Source of the DNA: Haplodiscus bocki
Taxonomy: Eukaryota
DNA length: 64,000 nt
Assembly (NCBI GenBank): GCA_965655095.1
Contig: OZ296658.1
Coordinates: forward strand, 71,548,001-71,612,000
Reading direction: 5' to 3'
In this document: piece by piece, positions 9,438-21,455 of the stretch
Numbering within the stretch: position 1 is the first letter of the stretch
Layout: the number at the start of each line of letters is the position of its first letter
Notes under the pieces: model-generated
Seen by the model: the letters and a program-made list of their open reading frames with translations, nothing else
Databases searched by the model: none
What the model was told of the DNA's origin: nothing
Program-made: the position numbers and the translations under genes

Positions 9438-12389
9438 TTCAATCGGAAACTATTTGATAAGTTTATCACAACAATTCGACTCTTTGGAAGAGTCGACAAG
9501 TTCTAAGGTAACCTTTTTTAAACAACTTTCATAATATCCATGAGAAAAGTTCGCACGAAGTCGAAACTTACATCAAAACTCACTGCTGTACATATTGTTT
9601 GAGTTGTTTCCTAACTCATGTGATATTCATCACTTTGAGGCATGCTGAACGCGTTAAACATTAGGTACTGTGGAATTCTTGTGAAAAGGCCTCTTTCGGA
9701 AATTTTTCAGCCAAAACCTTGGTGATAAATCAGAAAAATATCTGCATAAAACTGAATGCAACTAACGCTTCATTTTGCATCGCCTACCCAGCATTACTAT
9801 GTCATACATGGGATATTAGGCCAGAGAAATGCGACAAAGTCACTCTTGCCCATCGAAAAGATCTGGGTTTGCAATCGTTTCCGACAAAAAACTCGCCGGC
9901 GAAAAATTTTCGTACAACGAAAATTTTGGGCCCGGTCAATGACGAAGTGGTCAATGCACTTTAGCCAGAAATTAAGTTATCCTCCGATTGCGTTTGTAGA
10001 AAATGAACCTCAAAGTTAAGAAACGAAGTTGGCAATGGGAAGTGTCAAACCTCTTTCGAGAAAGTTGAGAATTTACGGCTTTTTTTGACGAAAACTACTC
10101 GACTTTTTTGGCAAAAACTGTCCCAGCACGCCGCTTAACTGAATAGTATCCCATCAATTTGTGCAAAAGCATTGCCCTTTCAAGTGTTACTCTGAAGAAA
10201 GGACTCAAAATTAAACCCTTTTGCCCTATAAAAACATTAGAAATTCGAAGTTTTTTGGTAATAAGTCGCCAAAAAAAGTTTCGACGGATCAAAATTTCGA
10301 ATACGAAAGATAGTAAAACCGACGTAGTGTTGATAAAAGAATCAGTCAAATGCCGCCAATAATTGCCGAAAAATTTAGATTTGAAGAGATGAAACGCAGA
10401 ATAACGGCGCGGTCGGGAAAAGGAAACCATTTTGACGCTTTTGTGCAAATAGGCTTCTTTCCGCTCGCCTAAAATTTCGACAAGCCTCATGGTTTTGCCT
10501 AGGAGGTTTTAGGTAAATGAAATCAGTAAGTTTTGTCGGCAAAGTTGACGTAAATATGGATTGAGCTCAACGTTGTTGCATCGTCGATTTTCTCAACTTT
10601 CGACGTTTTCTTGGTGTTTGTGACGCAATGCCAAACTTCGCGGTTGCGTGATTTTTGATTTTCAGTTTGCGAGAACGTTCACCAGGTCTGGTTGTCGGAG
10701 TGCTTGTGGAAAAAGTTTTAGTTGACCGTCCTTGAGAAGCAGGTGGGCCGGATTGACTGCTGTTTCTGTAATTGGTGAATGTTGAAGTCGGCGTTGACGC
10801 TAGTGGGGTTGTTTTTTTTGGGAGTAGCCAAGTGTCGAAGCAGGTGTGATCGGAGTTGTGGATGTCCCCGTCGCAAGTGTTGCTGCTACAGGTGTTGGAC
10901 ATGGTGATGGGAGGTTGACACCCGAAGAAGGAGTTGCAGTGGGAGTCGAAAACTGATGAGGTGTTGGTAAAGATGGCCACTCGGTGCACTAACTTTGATG
11001 GAGACTATTTTAAGGAGTGGGAGATCCACCTGGTCGATTTCGAGTTGGTACATTGGAGGTTGGAGCTGCAATTTGAGAATTTCTTTCTCTGATTGGGACG
11101 TTCGTAGACGGATGCTTCCTTTGAAGCGGTATCAAGTTGCCGTAATGCATGACGGATTCTTTCCAGTGCCGACTTCTTTTGTTTGATAATTCACGTCTTT
11201 CAAACATTTCAGTGTGGTGTGAGGACTACGCCTTGTGCTGCAAACTCGGGACTTTGGCCAAACGGTATCACTGGCGTATGTAAGAGCAATTCTTGTCCAT
11301 CTATGTGGAGCCAAGTAGCTTGTGAATGTCTATGGCGGTACGGCGTCGCTGACTCGTGTGACATTGGTCAGGTGCTCGCTGGAATGCTTGTTTCTTCTAA
11401 TGGACAAAATCATGGACATTGGTTGGATAATCCGTTTCCTGGTTGGGGAACATGAGATCCAAAGGTTTCTCGACCGTGCACCAAGAGTTCTGGGGCGTGT
11501 CCTGTGGATTCTTGTTCAGACGAACGATGTGCCATTATCACGTAAGGGAGCTGTTGAGACTAGTTGTTTTGCTTTGCGTTTATGCACTGTGCAATCATGT
11601 TTTAGAGGGCGCGGCTCACGCTCAATGACTGCATTGGACTGAAGGTGAAATGCTGTCGCACGAGATCTCAAGAAGAGACATTGGGTTCTGGAAGAGTCGA
11701 GATTCAAAACTGCTTCGGTCACTGGATTCTATGGGGATGACCGAAACGACTAATCCATTGCTCTATCAGTTCAGTGGCGGTTGTTGATGCTTGCTGGTCA
11801 GGCAGTGGTGTAGCTTCATACCATTTGGTGTAGTGGCGGCCATTCTAGAGGATTACTTTGTGTCCGTTGGATTGCTGTAACGGTCCCATGAAATCAATAC
11901 GATTGTGGTGGAAGTGATTGCTAGCTTCCCAATCCACAATAGCATGGCTGTATGTTTTTGGGGGGTTACTTCGTTTCTGACATTGGCGACAACGACTGAT
12001 GAAATGTTTCACATCTTCTTTCTTGATGAAAACCGGGCCAATAAAGTCTTTGCGTGAATTTTTCGGTAACCTTAGTTACACCTAAGTGTCGTCCAGATGA
12101 AGAAGAGTGAATGGATCCCACCAGATCTTCTACCAAGCTCTGAAAAACTCTTTCATGGAGGAATTGAACGCGACCGTCCGTGTCTTTTAAGGTTGCCGTA
12201 GACTACCTTGGAGGTCATTGTTTTTAGGTAGACGTGACTGTCGAAGCAGCCTTTGACCAGCTCATATGATTCGTCTCCATCTTGCACAATTCGGATGTTT
12301 TTGGTGAGCTAGGGGTCTACAAGGTCAGTCCCGCTGTTATCTGATGCTTTTTCTAACTCCGTTGAGTTGGACGTATACAACGTGAGGCG

Positions 12390-12785
12390 TGTTTGTGATG
12401 CTGCGAACTCTGTAACATTTTGTGGACAAGACGCCATTCTAGTTGATCGATACCACAACCAACTTTAGGCATACTGATCGCTTTGACATCGTTGTCTTCT
12501 GCATGATGTCGAAGAGCGGCTAGACGTGTTCGCAACGAGCAATGCGTTGGTTTGTGGAAAACTGAAACTTTGGGTATGTGATGGTAGGTGTATCGTTGAC
12601 TTGACTCCAGAAATTGTGGCTAAAGTGATCTTGATTGTAGGGTGCTAAACTTGGGGTAGTTTGTCGGCTACCTGCATCTAATGGTTCCTGGAATTCCAGC
12701 TCTCATCTTGAAGTCCCAGGCGATACAGTGAGCGAGAGATTCGTCGAAGTTGAAGATATCGCCAACATCTTCGTGGTACTTGAAG
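12390..12785 (-). pseudogene. TARG1/OARD1 (Poa1p/DarG-like) macrodomain inside Gypsy pol
   Basis: GDIFNFDESLAHCIAWDFKMRAGI ... RYTYHHIPKVSVFHKPT ... AISMPKVGCGIDQLEW, collinear with TARG1 motifs GDLF/SLAHCIS.D..MGAGI/YYLITK..HKPTY/MPRIGCGLD.L.W. Confidence 0.88.
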
Positions 12786-15700
12786 TTTTCACCCTCTATG
12801 TTCGGATTAGCAGCGGATGACGGAATGGCTGGCTGCAGATATTGTGGAGGGGTAGTTAGAACTTCGGTTGGTAAAGTGCTCGGGTCAAGTGCTGGTTTGG
12901 TCTTGAGCCATTCATATACTGATGGCTTCGCGTCTGAGAGATCAGCCACTTTGGAGTCGTGCGGAACTATCTTCACTTTAGCTTGAGTAATGCGGGACAA
13001 CTCATCGGCATATCCAATTGATTTTCGTGGTTCGTGCCGAACCTCGTATTCGAAGGCGGCCAATTTTTCGAGCCACCGTGCTGTCAACCCGTCAGGGTCT
13101 TCGAAGTTGTGCAGCCACTGCAGTGCTCGGCGATCCGTAACGATGGTAAACTTTCGACCCAGATGATAATGTCCAGAATGGCGTGTGAAAAGGACAATTG
13201 CCAATCTTCCGCCTTTGTTGCAGAATATCTGGATTGAGCTTCCGAGAAAACCTTGGAAGCGTAGCCAATGGCACCTAGCAAATGGCGAGAGCAGCGCCCA
13301 ATGCAGTCAAGCATGCGTCTGTGTACAAAATGAACGGTTCTTTCTTTCATGGGAGAGCTTAAATTAGAGTGTTGCGGGGGCGTGCTGGAAGAGTTTTGAA
13401 GGCGATCTGTGCCTCAGGTGTCAAACTCAATGAAGGACTCAGTTAATCTGTGGAGTGGTCGAGCTATCTCTGCATGGTTTTCAACCTAACGGCGGTAGTT
13501 CGATCAATAACCCAAAAAAGGTTTACCTGTCTCACTGGTAGGGATAGGGAAATTTTTGACTGCAGCGATCTTTTCGAGATTTTCTTGTGAACCATTGGCG
13601 CTGAGAACATGTCCCTAAAAGTGGACTTTTGTTTTGATGAACTCGCATTTCAATGGAATTTTTTTTTGGATTTGCTTCTTGAACTCGTTGGAGCACGTCT
13701 CGGAGTCTCTCTAGATGCTCTTCGGGAATTGCAGCAAAGATGATAGAACAGTCCCGGCAGTGTACAGTGGTTTTCAATGTCAGACCTACCGAGACATGTT
13801 CCATTAAACGTTCAGATATGTTGGGAGTTCCCGTGAGACCCATAGGCATTCGGGGTCCTTTGTAAGGGCCAGAAGGTGTGCTAAACGCTGTGAATTCTTG
13901 ATTGTTTTCATCCATTGGTAATTGATGAATTCCCCATGACATATCAATCGTCGAAAAAATGCACTTCTTTCTAGCGTGTCGAAAATTTCTTCGATGGACA
14001 GTTTGGGCCAACAAGACTTTCTTTGTCGATTCAGCTGTCTAGTCTTTTACCGTTCTCAACTTGCCAATATTCTTTGGGACGAGCATGGCTGGTGCGCTAT
14101 ACGGTCTATGACATGGCACCGTAAGACCTTTTTTTGTCAAGAAACGCATCGATCTTTTCTCTTGGATCTATCTTGTAGTGTAAAGGCTGTCTTTGTTTCT
14201 GTAATTTGACTTGCTTTAAACCTGGGTAAACATCAGTCTTGTGGCTTGTGGGATCTTACTTGCCGATGTCCCATTTTTTTTTGAGAAGAAATCTATAACT
14301 TGCACCAGTTCTGCGAACTTCTCTCATTTTGATTGGTAACGCCGGACTGACTAAGTCCATGACGTGCTTGAGGTCCTAACGCTCGTCAACTTCGTTTTGT
14401 TTTTGATTTCGGTGTTGCTGAAACTATGTGGTTTAGCGTTTGTTTTCGAGAGAAATCAGAGGTACTCAAAGTTGTGTTTTCATAGACCGTGATTACTTCA
14501 TCCCCGGCATTTTCAATTGTTACCGGTACATTTTCTTCTGCAAAGCTGAAAAGGACGCCGGGTAGCTCAGCATCTTTCGAAGTACTATTTCGTGCCAAAG
14601 GCTCAAATAGAGCTGGTTTTCCCGTCAATGGAGGTTTCCATTCTAGTGTTCGGGCTGGTAAAATCATGGTGCGTCTAGCAGGCAATTAGATGGTCTCAGT
14701 CGCTCTTACCCGGAAAACTGTGTTTACTTCATGATTGAGTCTACTATGATAAAACGGTACAGGATTCTTCGAATCCAACGGAAGCAGATCTTCAGGAAAC
14801 GAGGGATTGCATTTGTGAGTTCTGAGGAGGTCGAGTTCCACAAGACAGCTTACTTCTGAATCTTTGAGCGTGTGAAATTCGTAGTGTTTTGTTCTGACGA
14901 AGATCGGTAGGCGGACTGTTCCTGTGCCGGTAATTGGTAGCTTGTTTGCAGCCCCTAATTTGGTTTTCGTCGGAAAAAGTTTTCTGTCAACCAATTTTGC
15001 AACTGAGCAAAAACGTCCGAGCTGAGGCAAGACACAATTGCTCTACGATTCAAGACTGCTTCGAGGGTTTAATCAAAAACAGTCAATTTCAGGAAAAGAC
15101 TCCCGTAATCAAACGCTGATCTGAGTGTTTGAATTCGTGGGCCTATCTGTGTGGTATCGTTTCGGCGACCACTTGTGGTTGTAGGCTTTCCTGATTTAAA
15201 GAATCAGTTCTCTTTGACTTCCAGTCACTTCGGAAATGACCAGATTTCAGACAATTGAACCGAGCCTTGCAATCTTTGTATTCGTGCTTTGTTATTTTGC
15301 AATGCTTACTCGCGCTTTTGTTACTGTCGTCTTCGTTTGTTTGTTTTTGCGCTGGCTACTTGAACCGTTGTCCCGATTGTCGTTATCAGAACTGAGAAAG
15401 TGCGTCCTTCCTTGTACTTGTGGATATTGACCCCTAACAGCGCGAGTGCCACTCCTGGAATCATTGCTCAGTGAACGTGAACGCTTCAGGTTCTTGTCCT
15501 TGTTGCGGTTGGAGCCTGTTGGCACTTGGTTGCTTTGCAACTGTGGCTTTTGCAGACTTTGACTGTGCAAGCGGATAAGTTCTTCCAAAGATTCGTTTGT
15601 TGCACTCTGTGCTACTCGGTTAACACTTTGTGTGTCTTTGGAGTTTCCGTTTTCAATTTCCCAAAAAGCGCTTAGCGCCATTGAGGCAGTTAAGGAATCA

Positions 15701-17375
15701 TCCCTTGTTTGGGGCTTTGCTTTGCGCAGTTCCCACTGCAGAGTCTTTTGGCTTAGTCACATAACAACAAACGTGTTCAAGATCATTGGGTCTATCATGT
15801 CCGTAAGGTCACGGTAGGCACGTCTGGCAAGAATGCTGTCATCACAGAGAGAAGTTGCAATATCTTGCCTGGGTTGCTGCTCTACCGCTGAGACGTGCTT
15901 TCAAAATATCGCCGTTGGTTGTGTAATTCTCGGGGAATGCATCAATCAACAAATCGAAATTTGTGTTGTTCTACCGAAGGTGTTATGTAAAGTGGAGAGC
16001 TTTTTCCTTCAGGCGAAGGGCAAGGTAATGCGGTCGGTTTTCGTGTGTCCTAGAGTTCATGCTGACAAAAGGCGTCTGTGTTGAACTATTGATAGTAGTC
16101 TTTGAAATCACCAGTGCCGTTGAAATACTCGGGCATGAGACAAGAGGGAAGTGGAGTGACGTATGGGAAGCCTCGTCCTCCTTGTGCGCTGCCTGGCATT
16201 GCAAAGAAAATTGCTGCTGTGGTATTTGAAGCTTGGGTGTTCGTTGAACCACTGGCTTTATGGTTTGTGACAGGGGAGTTACCTGGGTTGGTCTGAGTGT
16301 TGTTGTCCTTGTTGGACCGTAGGCGGCGTTGGAGGAGGTGAGTTTGACGTTTTCTCTAGCGATTTTTTTTGGTAATTGAAGTTTTAATTCGGTTCATGCT
16401 TCTGGGGTTGAAAGCAGTGGGCACACACTCGGGAAAACCCAAAGAGGATTGTTCAGACACATGTAAGGAAGTAATTTCAATGATTTTCCACTAGATCTTT
16501 GAGTGCTAGGAAGAGAAGGGAGTTGAGGTTCTCCGGTCAAATCTTTCCAGTCTATGCATAGCCTCCAAATGATGGTGATTGCTTCATTGGTGCTGTGTGA
16601 GCAAAATGTCTGGTAATTCAGACAAAGAGTTTTTGGAAAATTTTGCTTGACATTAGTAACACGGTATGTTTTATGTTTCAGGAACAGTATTCGAAAACAC
16701 GGACCTAGGGATGCAGAAATTAACCAATTTTCGTGGCAGAAACTACTGTGAAAGAAATATTTCCTCCGGTTCTGAAGTTTGAGGACTTCTACAAGTGACA
16801 TTTGAACGGTCTGTTTCGTACGGGAGACCGCAAAGTGCTAAAATGATCATCAACAGCGCGAAAATTTGGACGATAAATAACAAAGACAACAGACACGTCG
16901 AAAAGATTGGTCTCGGGCAGGCATCGTCGTAAGATTGCGGCGGACCGATCGGTCTGGGCTTTTGATGCAGTAATACGTACAACGGCAAATCGGAATGAGG
17001 GTGAGAACACGGCATTTACATAGCTTTATGAAAACTCAAGACATGAAGTTCATAAAAACTGCAGAGAAAGAAATTTCGTTTCATCTAAGTACTCATGTGT
17101 GTATCCTATTACTTAGGGGAATGAGGGGTACCGGGTCACCTTCGCCAAGGCTTACAAATATGCGGAATAATTGCCGAAAACACACCATAGCGGTAAGGAC
17201 GCAACAAAGCCTGAAAAACTAGGCATGAACGATTTCCGGATAGATTTTATTGGCATCACTTGAAAACCAGGTATAAGCGAAAAGAAGGCTATGCGAGGAA
17301 AAATGGTTCTAGCCCGGGCCAATATTTGGGAAACTGAGTCGATTTTACAATTTTAAGGAAAAATTTTCAACGGTC

Positions 17376-17393
17376 ATCCCACTTCTGTCACCA
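17376..17393 (-). promoter_or_regulatory. Primer-binding site (tRNA-Leu type) of the Gypsy element
   Basis: Minus strand reads TGGTGACAGAAGTGGGAT, 17/18 identical to the TGGTGTCAGAAGTGGGAT tRNA-Leu PBS, and lies upstream of gag. Confidence 0.75.
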
Positions 17394-18459
17394 TTTTAAC
17401 AATCGCTTCTTTTTTGTCGTTCAAATTGGCTTTAAATAATTTCCTAAATGCCTGGAGCGATTGTTCGATTGTTTGGTTTGATATTTAATCTGATGTTTTT
17501 AGTGGGAAGTTTCTGAAAAACAATTTTGAAAAAGAAGAAACGGCTTCCATTGTTTTCAGTACAAGTTTAACAGAATTTAACAAAAAATATGTTCAGCAAG
17601 AAAGCAGACTTACATATAGCTGGATGGATTGTTGTATGGTGCGGCTTCTTCCATTTTCGTGTTTCTGCAGTTTCGAGTCCAGATGTATTTCAATGATCCA
17701 GATGCTTCTTTTACTATGCTTTTATTAATACTGCCTTAATTTGACAATAATTTTTGCGGTAGGGGCAGGTGAAAAGAGTTCGCAACAAGCAAAATTCAAT
17801 AAAACAGTTGAGAACTGTGAAAAAACTAATGATAGTTGCAGATGATTCGACTTTTTTTTTCACTGCTGAATGGAGGTTAGAACAGGAATGAGTACGCGCG
17901 CATTTAATCAGTCCAGGTGAATTATTGGGACCTGGGACATATTACTCATCTCAATCAGCTAAAAGTCTTTCAGTTATTGCTCCGTAAATGTTTTTTTTTT
18001 TGTTTGTCGTGCGTATTTCGAGAGTGCCTGTTTCAGTCGCAGTTAGCAAATATAGAAAAACTGAGTTATAGTGTGGTTACTTTTTCCTCACTGCTGTTTA
18101 AAGTTTTTGTAGGAAAAAGTACAAAAAACTTGGAAATTCCCAGTCAAGTTCTTCGATGAGAAGGTGCAAAAAAGCGTTGATTTTCAAGTCAAGCCTGCAC
18201 TGTTAAATTCAGTCGTAGTTTTCTCAAAATTTTATGAGGGAAGTTTTTCCTTTGTTGCAATTTGCAAGACCATTTTATAGTCACCTCTAGCAATAGGGTT
18301 CTCATACTGAAGAATCAATACACAGTCCACTTCCTAATTTTTGCGCTTCGGAGTTATGAGGAACAGGTGCAAACCGCGGTTCGGACCTGATTTTTGCGAA
18401 AGAACCTGGATGCGACGCAAAATTGATCTCGAATTAATTTCTTATATGGTAATCTCTAG

Positions 18460-18733
18460 GTGTTCAAAGTGGTCGCAATGACATCCGCATGGCCCACTCG
18501 CCCTATCACCAGAGACAACAAGGTCCCAGCAGCAACAACAACAACAGTAATAGTAATAATAACCCGAACTCGCCCGGTCAAACGCAGGGTAATCGAACAG
18601 TGACGTCTTTACCTTCGATCTCAACTCTTCTTCAGATCAAAGCCGGCTCCTCAATCCAGATCTTCATCTCCTATGTCGTGTTGCCAACATTCTTCAATTT
18701 CATTCCAATCAACAACGTCAGCACTGGTCTCAG
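18460..18733 (+). CDS. Exon A of an extended-Tudor (TDRD-like) host gene
   Basis: tctctAG acceptor, GTGAGT donor. Encodes an N/S/Q-rich linker then IQIFISYVVLPTFFNF (eTudor first strands). Ends in phase 2. Confidence 0.75.
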
Positions 18734-20012
18734 GTGAGTGGCATCAAAACTGATGAAACTTGAATTTTCTTTCAGCCAGCTCAATGAACGTTTTGATTCA
18801 TTTTATTTCACTTTGTGGAAAATATCGCTTAAACTGTTTCTCTTATTCGTTTGGACTTTTGCTTCTGGTTTTTAGTGGATTTTATTGCAAAAGTCTAAGT
18901 GTTCTGATAATCTTGATTAGGCTTGTTGAGGTAGATATAAAGTGGGCTCCTACTGAGCCCGTCATCCACCTTCGGCTTCGATCAAAAATAAAATCTATTT
19001 CAATTATGTGTTGTGAATCTATTTTGATATGAATATTTGTTCGTAGATAAATAATACAAGAAATGAATTCTTTCAAAATTTTCCAATTTATTGCAATACA
19101 ATTTTCAAATTTTATGCAGAAATGTTTCGAAACTGCCCTTGTTTATTACAGTTTTTTTGCTGTTGCTTTACTTTTTTTCGTACTACATTTTGCAACTTAA
19201 TGAGAAATAAGGAATTTCATGCGACGTTTGAAAAATTCAAAATATTCTTTCACAACGCAGCAAAGCTGCGTGGAATACGGGAGTGACCATACGGGCTATC
19301 ATAGTACCGGTGAGAGCGCGCAAATAAAGAAGTGTCCGAAGCCTATCCACATTGGGCGATTGTGTTTTCAAAGGCAATTATCATAAATTTCAAGACAAAG
19401 TTGGCTCAAAATTTTCGGAAAAGTCAATTCGAAAAGCTTTCGTGATAAATTCTTAAAGTTTAATTGAATAAATAATTAGAAAAACCAAAATTTTCGCGAT
19501 GCCACCATCGCCTGTTTATTGAACATAAAATTGAACCGGCGTTCCAAGTTTTTGAGATAACTTTTGAGCTGGAATTTTTTCGAAGAAACCCAAGTTTTCA
19601 AAACACCAAAAACCTTTCTGTATTTTGAGCCTAACAGTCGGCGCCGACGTGGCCGTCCTCAGCTAGTTTTTTATCCTGTCAAGAACTTGCTTTTTTTGAA
19701 GTCATCAGAAACTAGTGGTGTAGTGTAAAGATTCAGAAAAAAACTTTTTAGATACATTTGACTGGTACTTTTCTGTTTTCGCCTTCTTAAAAGTGCCAGT
19801 TTTTGTTGAACATTAGTTTGAAAAAATGAGCAACGGCGTCCTAAAAGGTTATGTTTGATGTATCGATTTTTAAAATGAGACAGTGTGCAAGGTACTTGAT
19901 CAATTTTGCGATTTGAAATGTGCAGTTTGCTTAAAGCATTGTGCATTGTCCTGTAAAATGGCACAACCTAAAATGATGTGATTGACAGTTCGAAAGCCGG
20001 AATGAGACACTG

Positions 20013-20056
20013 GAAGGTACATGTCTCACTTTTTGGAAGGTACATGTCTCACTTTT
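20013..20056. repeat. Short tandem duplication (ggaaggtacatgtctcactttt x2)
   Basis: Two adjacent copies are visible. Confidence 0.8.
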
Positions 20057-20089
20057 GATTGAAAAGCTGGTGTAGTTTTTTAAAAGGTG

Positions 20090-20200
20090 TCAGTTGCATC
20101 TCCGATCAAGGTTTCAAATGTCTTTTGGCATCCGTGATCTCAACTGACAAGTGCATGTTTTTCGAAGTTCAGCTTCTCATCTGTGTTTCAGAAAATTGGT
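20090..20200 (+). repeat. Copy of an old dispersed repeat family (also ~27470-27575, ~31275-31395, ~51190-51290)
   Basis: Shared core tccgatcaa..ttcaaatgt....gaagttcagcttc.c.t.tgtgt. Boundaries are approximate. Confidence 0.6.
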
Positions 20201-21455
20201 ATGCGCAAAGGGAGAGAGAGCATCGCAGGAACTTTTGGAGCTGGCGTTTTCGATTTTTTTTCTTCTGTTATGGTCAAAATTTCCAGTCAGATTTCGAAAA
20301 ACGCCTTGAGGAGCACTTTCGTGTTTTTGAAAACTTGAGCCTCCTCAGGGAGATCCTTTGAGATAATTGCGTATTCCGTACAAAAAATATTTTGAACTGT
20401 TCCAAAAGTGGATAGATTCGAAGGCAGTGAAACCGTTTCATGAAAAAGTCTCCTAATTGGGCACTTCAAACATTATTCGGGAAAAAGCTCCGATCATAGA
20501 AGCTTTTCTCGGAAATAGGAGCACTATAGGCTGGCGGAATGGGGCTGAGTGATTGTGCCCAGATAGATTTTATGCTCAGAATAATTTTAATAAGCGCGAG
20601 AGATATCCGTTCTGTGATGAATCTTCATCTAATATACTTTTCAAAGGTTCTATGTGTTTGCATGCAATGACTATTCTCTCAAAATGAAAGAAAATTGTTT
20701 ATTTGACGTGTTGGTGGTTTCGTGATGGACGATTTCTTGGAAGCTTGGGAATTTGAGGATATTTTGCCACTCAGAGAGTTTATTCCTGATGATTTTTTTT
20801 TGGAACATCCTACAGGACCAGGAATACTCATTCTTGGTAGAATCAACCTTCTGATCGATGAATGTCTAAACTCAAAAAATGTAAAATGGAATGAATAAAA
20901 ACAATTCGTTTGCTTTGTTTTGTTTTGGGAAAGCCGAACTCTTAACTCTCCTTGTTCAATATGTTTCTGATATGAATTTTCATTGCAGAATTCACAAGGT
21001 GAACTACATAAAAGCTACCGCGATAGCCGCTTGGATTTTTTTTGGTGATAGCGCCTTATGGTACCGCAGAGAGAAACTAATAATTTTTGGTACCGAAATA
21101 GTGAAATAATACGAAAATTTTCGACAATGCATTTTATCCCGTAGTCTTTCAAAAGATAGATCCCCAATCTTTTCCATTAAAGTCTGAGACCGTATACACC
21201 ACTACAGACCGGTGAGCAGTGCCGACTCAAAGATTTCTTGCAGGTTGTTCAACAATTGTGGCCTGCCTGAAGTTTTTTTAGTTAAAGTTGAAGTGTTTGA
21301 AGCATGTGAAAAATACCCAAGAGAGGTTTCAATTACCGTATGTAGATTTCAAGAGCATTCGAATTCAAAAATTATCACGAGTAATAAAAAGCTGCTAGTA
21401 ATGGCATTAAAGTTTTCTGAACCCTGTTCATTTCTTTGTTCTTATGTTTCACCAG

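Larger units (their letters stand above)
1..9590 (-). mobile_element. Tandem head-to-tail array of a CR1/L2-group non-LTR retrotransposon (LINE); unit 3617 bp, at least 3 copies, runs off the left edge
   Basis: Sequence and ORFs recur at +3617 (ORF2 2221/5838; ORF1 stop 1319/4936/8553). APE+RT ORF2, PHD ORF1, (AT)n tail. The 5' end near 9590 is approximate. Confidence 0.95.
10567..17393 (-). mobile_element. Decayed Ty3/Gypsy LTR retrotransposon internal region (PBS-gag-PR-RT-RNaseH-Macro-IN); LTRs not recognised
   Basis: Frameshifted fragments in Gypsy order: gag (PEYFNGTGDF, HYLALRLKEKAL, ~15300-16250), PR (~14700-15070), RT (FSTIDMSWGIHQ, FTAFSTP..MPMGL, ~13530-14200), RNase H (IGYASKVFSEAQSRYS, GRKFTIVTD, RWLEKL), integrase (HLGVTK..YWPG, IDFMGPL, SNAVIER, ~11100-12150). 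Confidence 0.92.

Noticed and set aside
1-9590. Prokaryotic RT system (retron, DGR, group II intron) or CRISPR array
   Set aside because: The RT is fused to an APE endonuclease with a PHD ORF1, the context has spliceosomal introns, and no repeat-spacer array is present.
9600-10560. 3' LTR of the minus-strand Gypsy element
   Set aside because: I found no PPT or TG...CA boundary and no matching sequence beyond the PBS at 17394 onward.
18588-18634. Possible 47-bp intron inside exon A (GTAATC...cttcttcAG)
   Set aside because: Splicing it would shift the frame, remove the eTudor first strands and break the phase match with exon B.
20725-20898. 57-aa acidic ORF (MDDFLEAWEFEDILP...) inside a Tudor-gene intron
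   Set aside because: It is short, has no recognisable motif, and is not needed for the exon phase chain.
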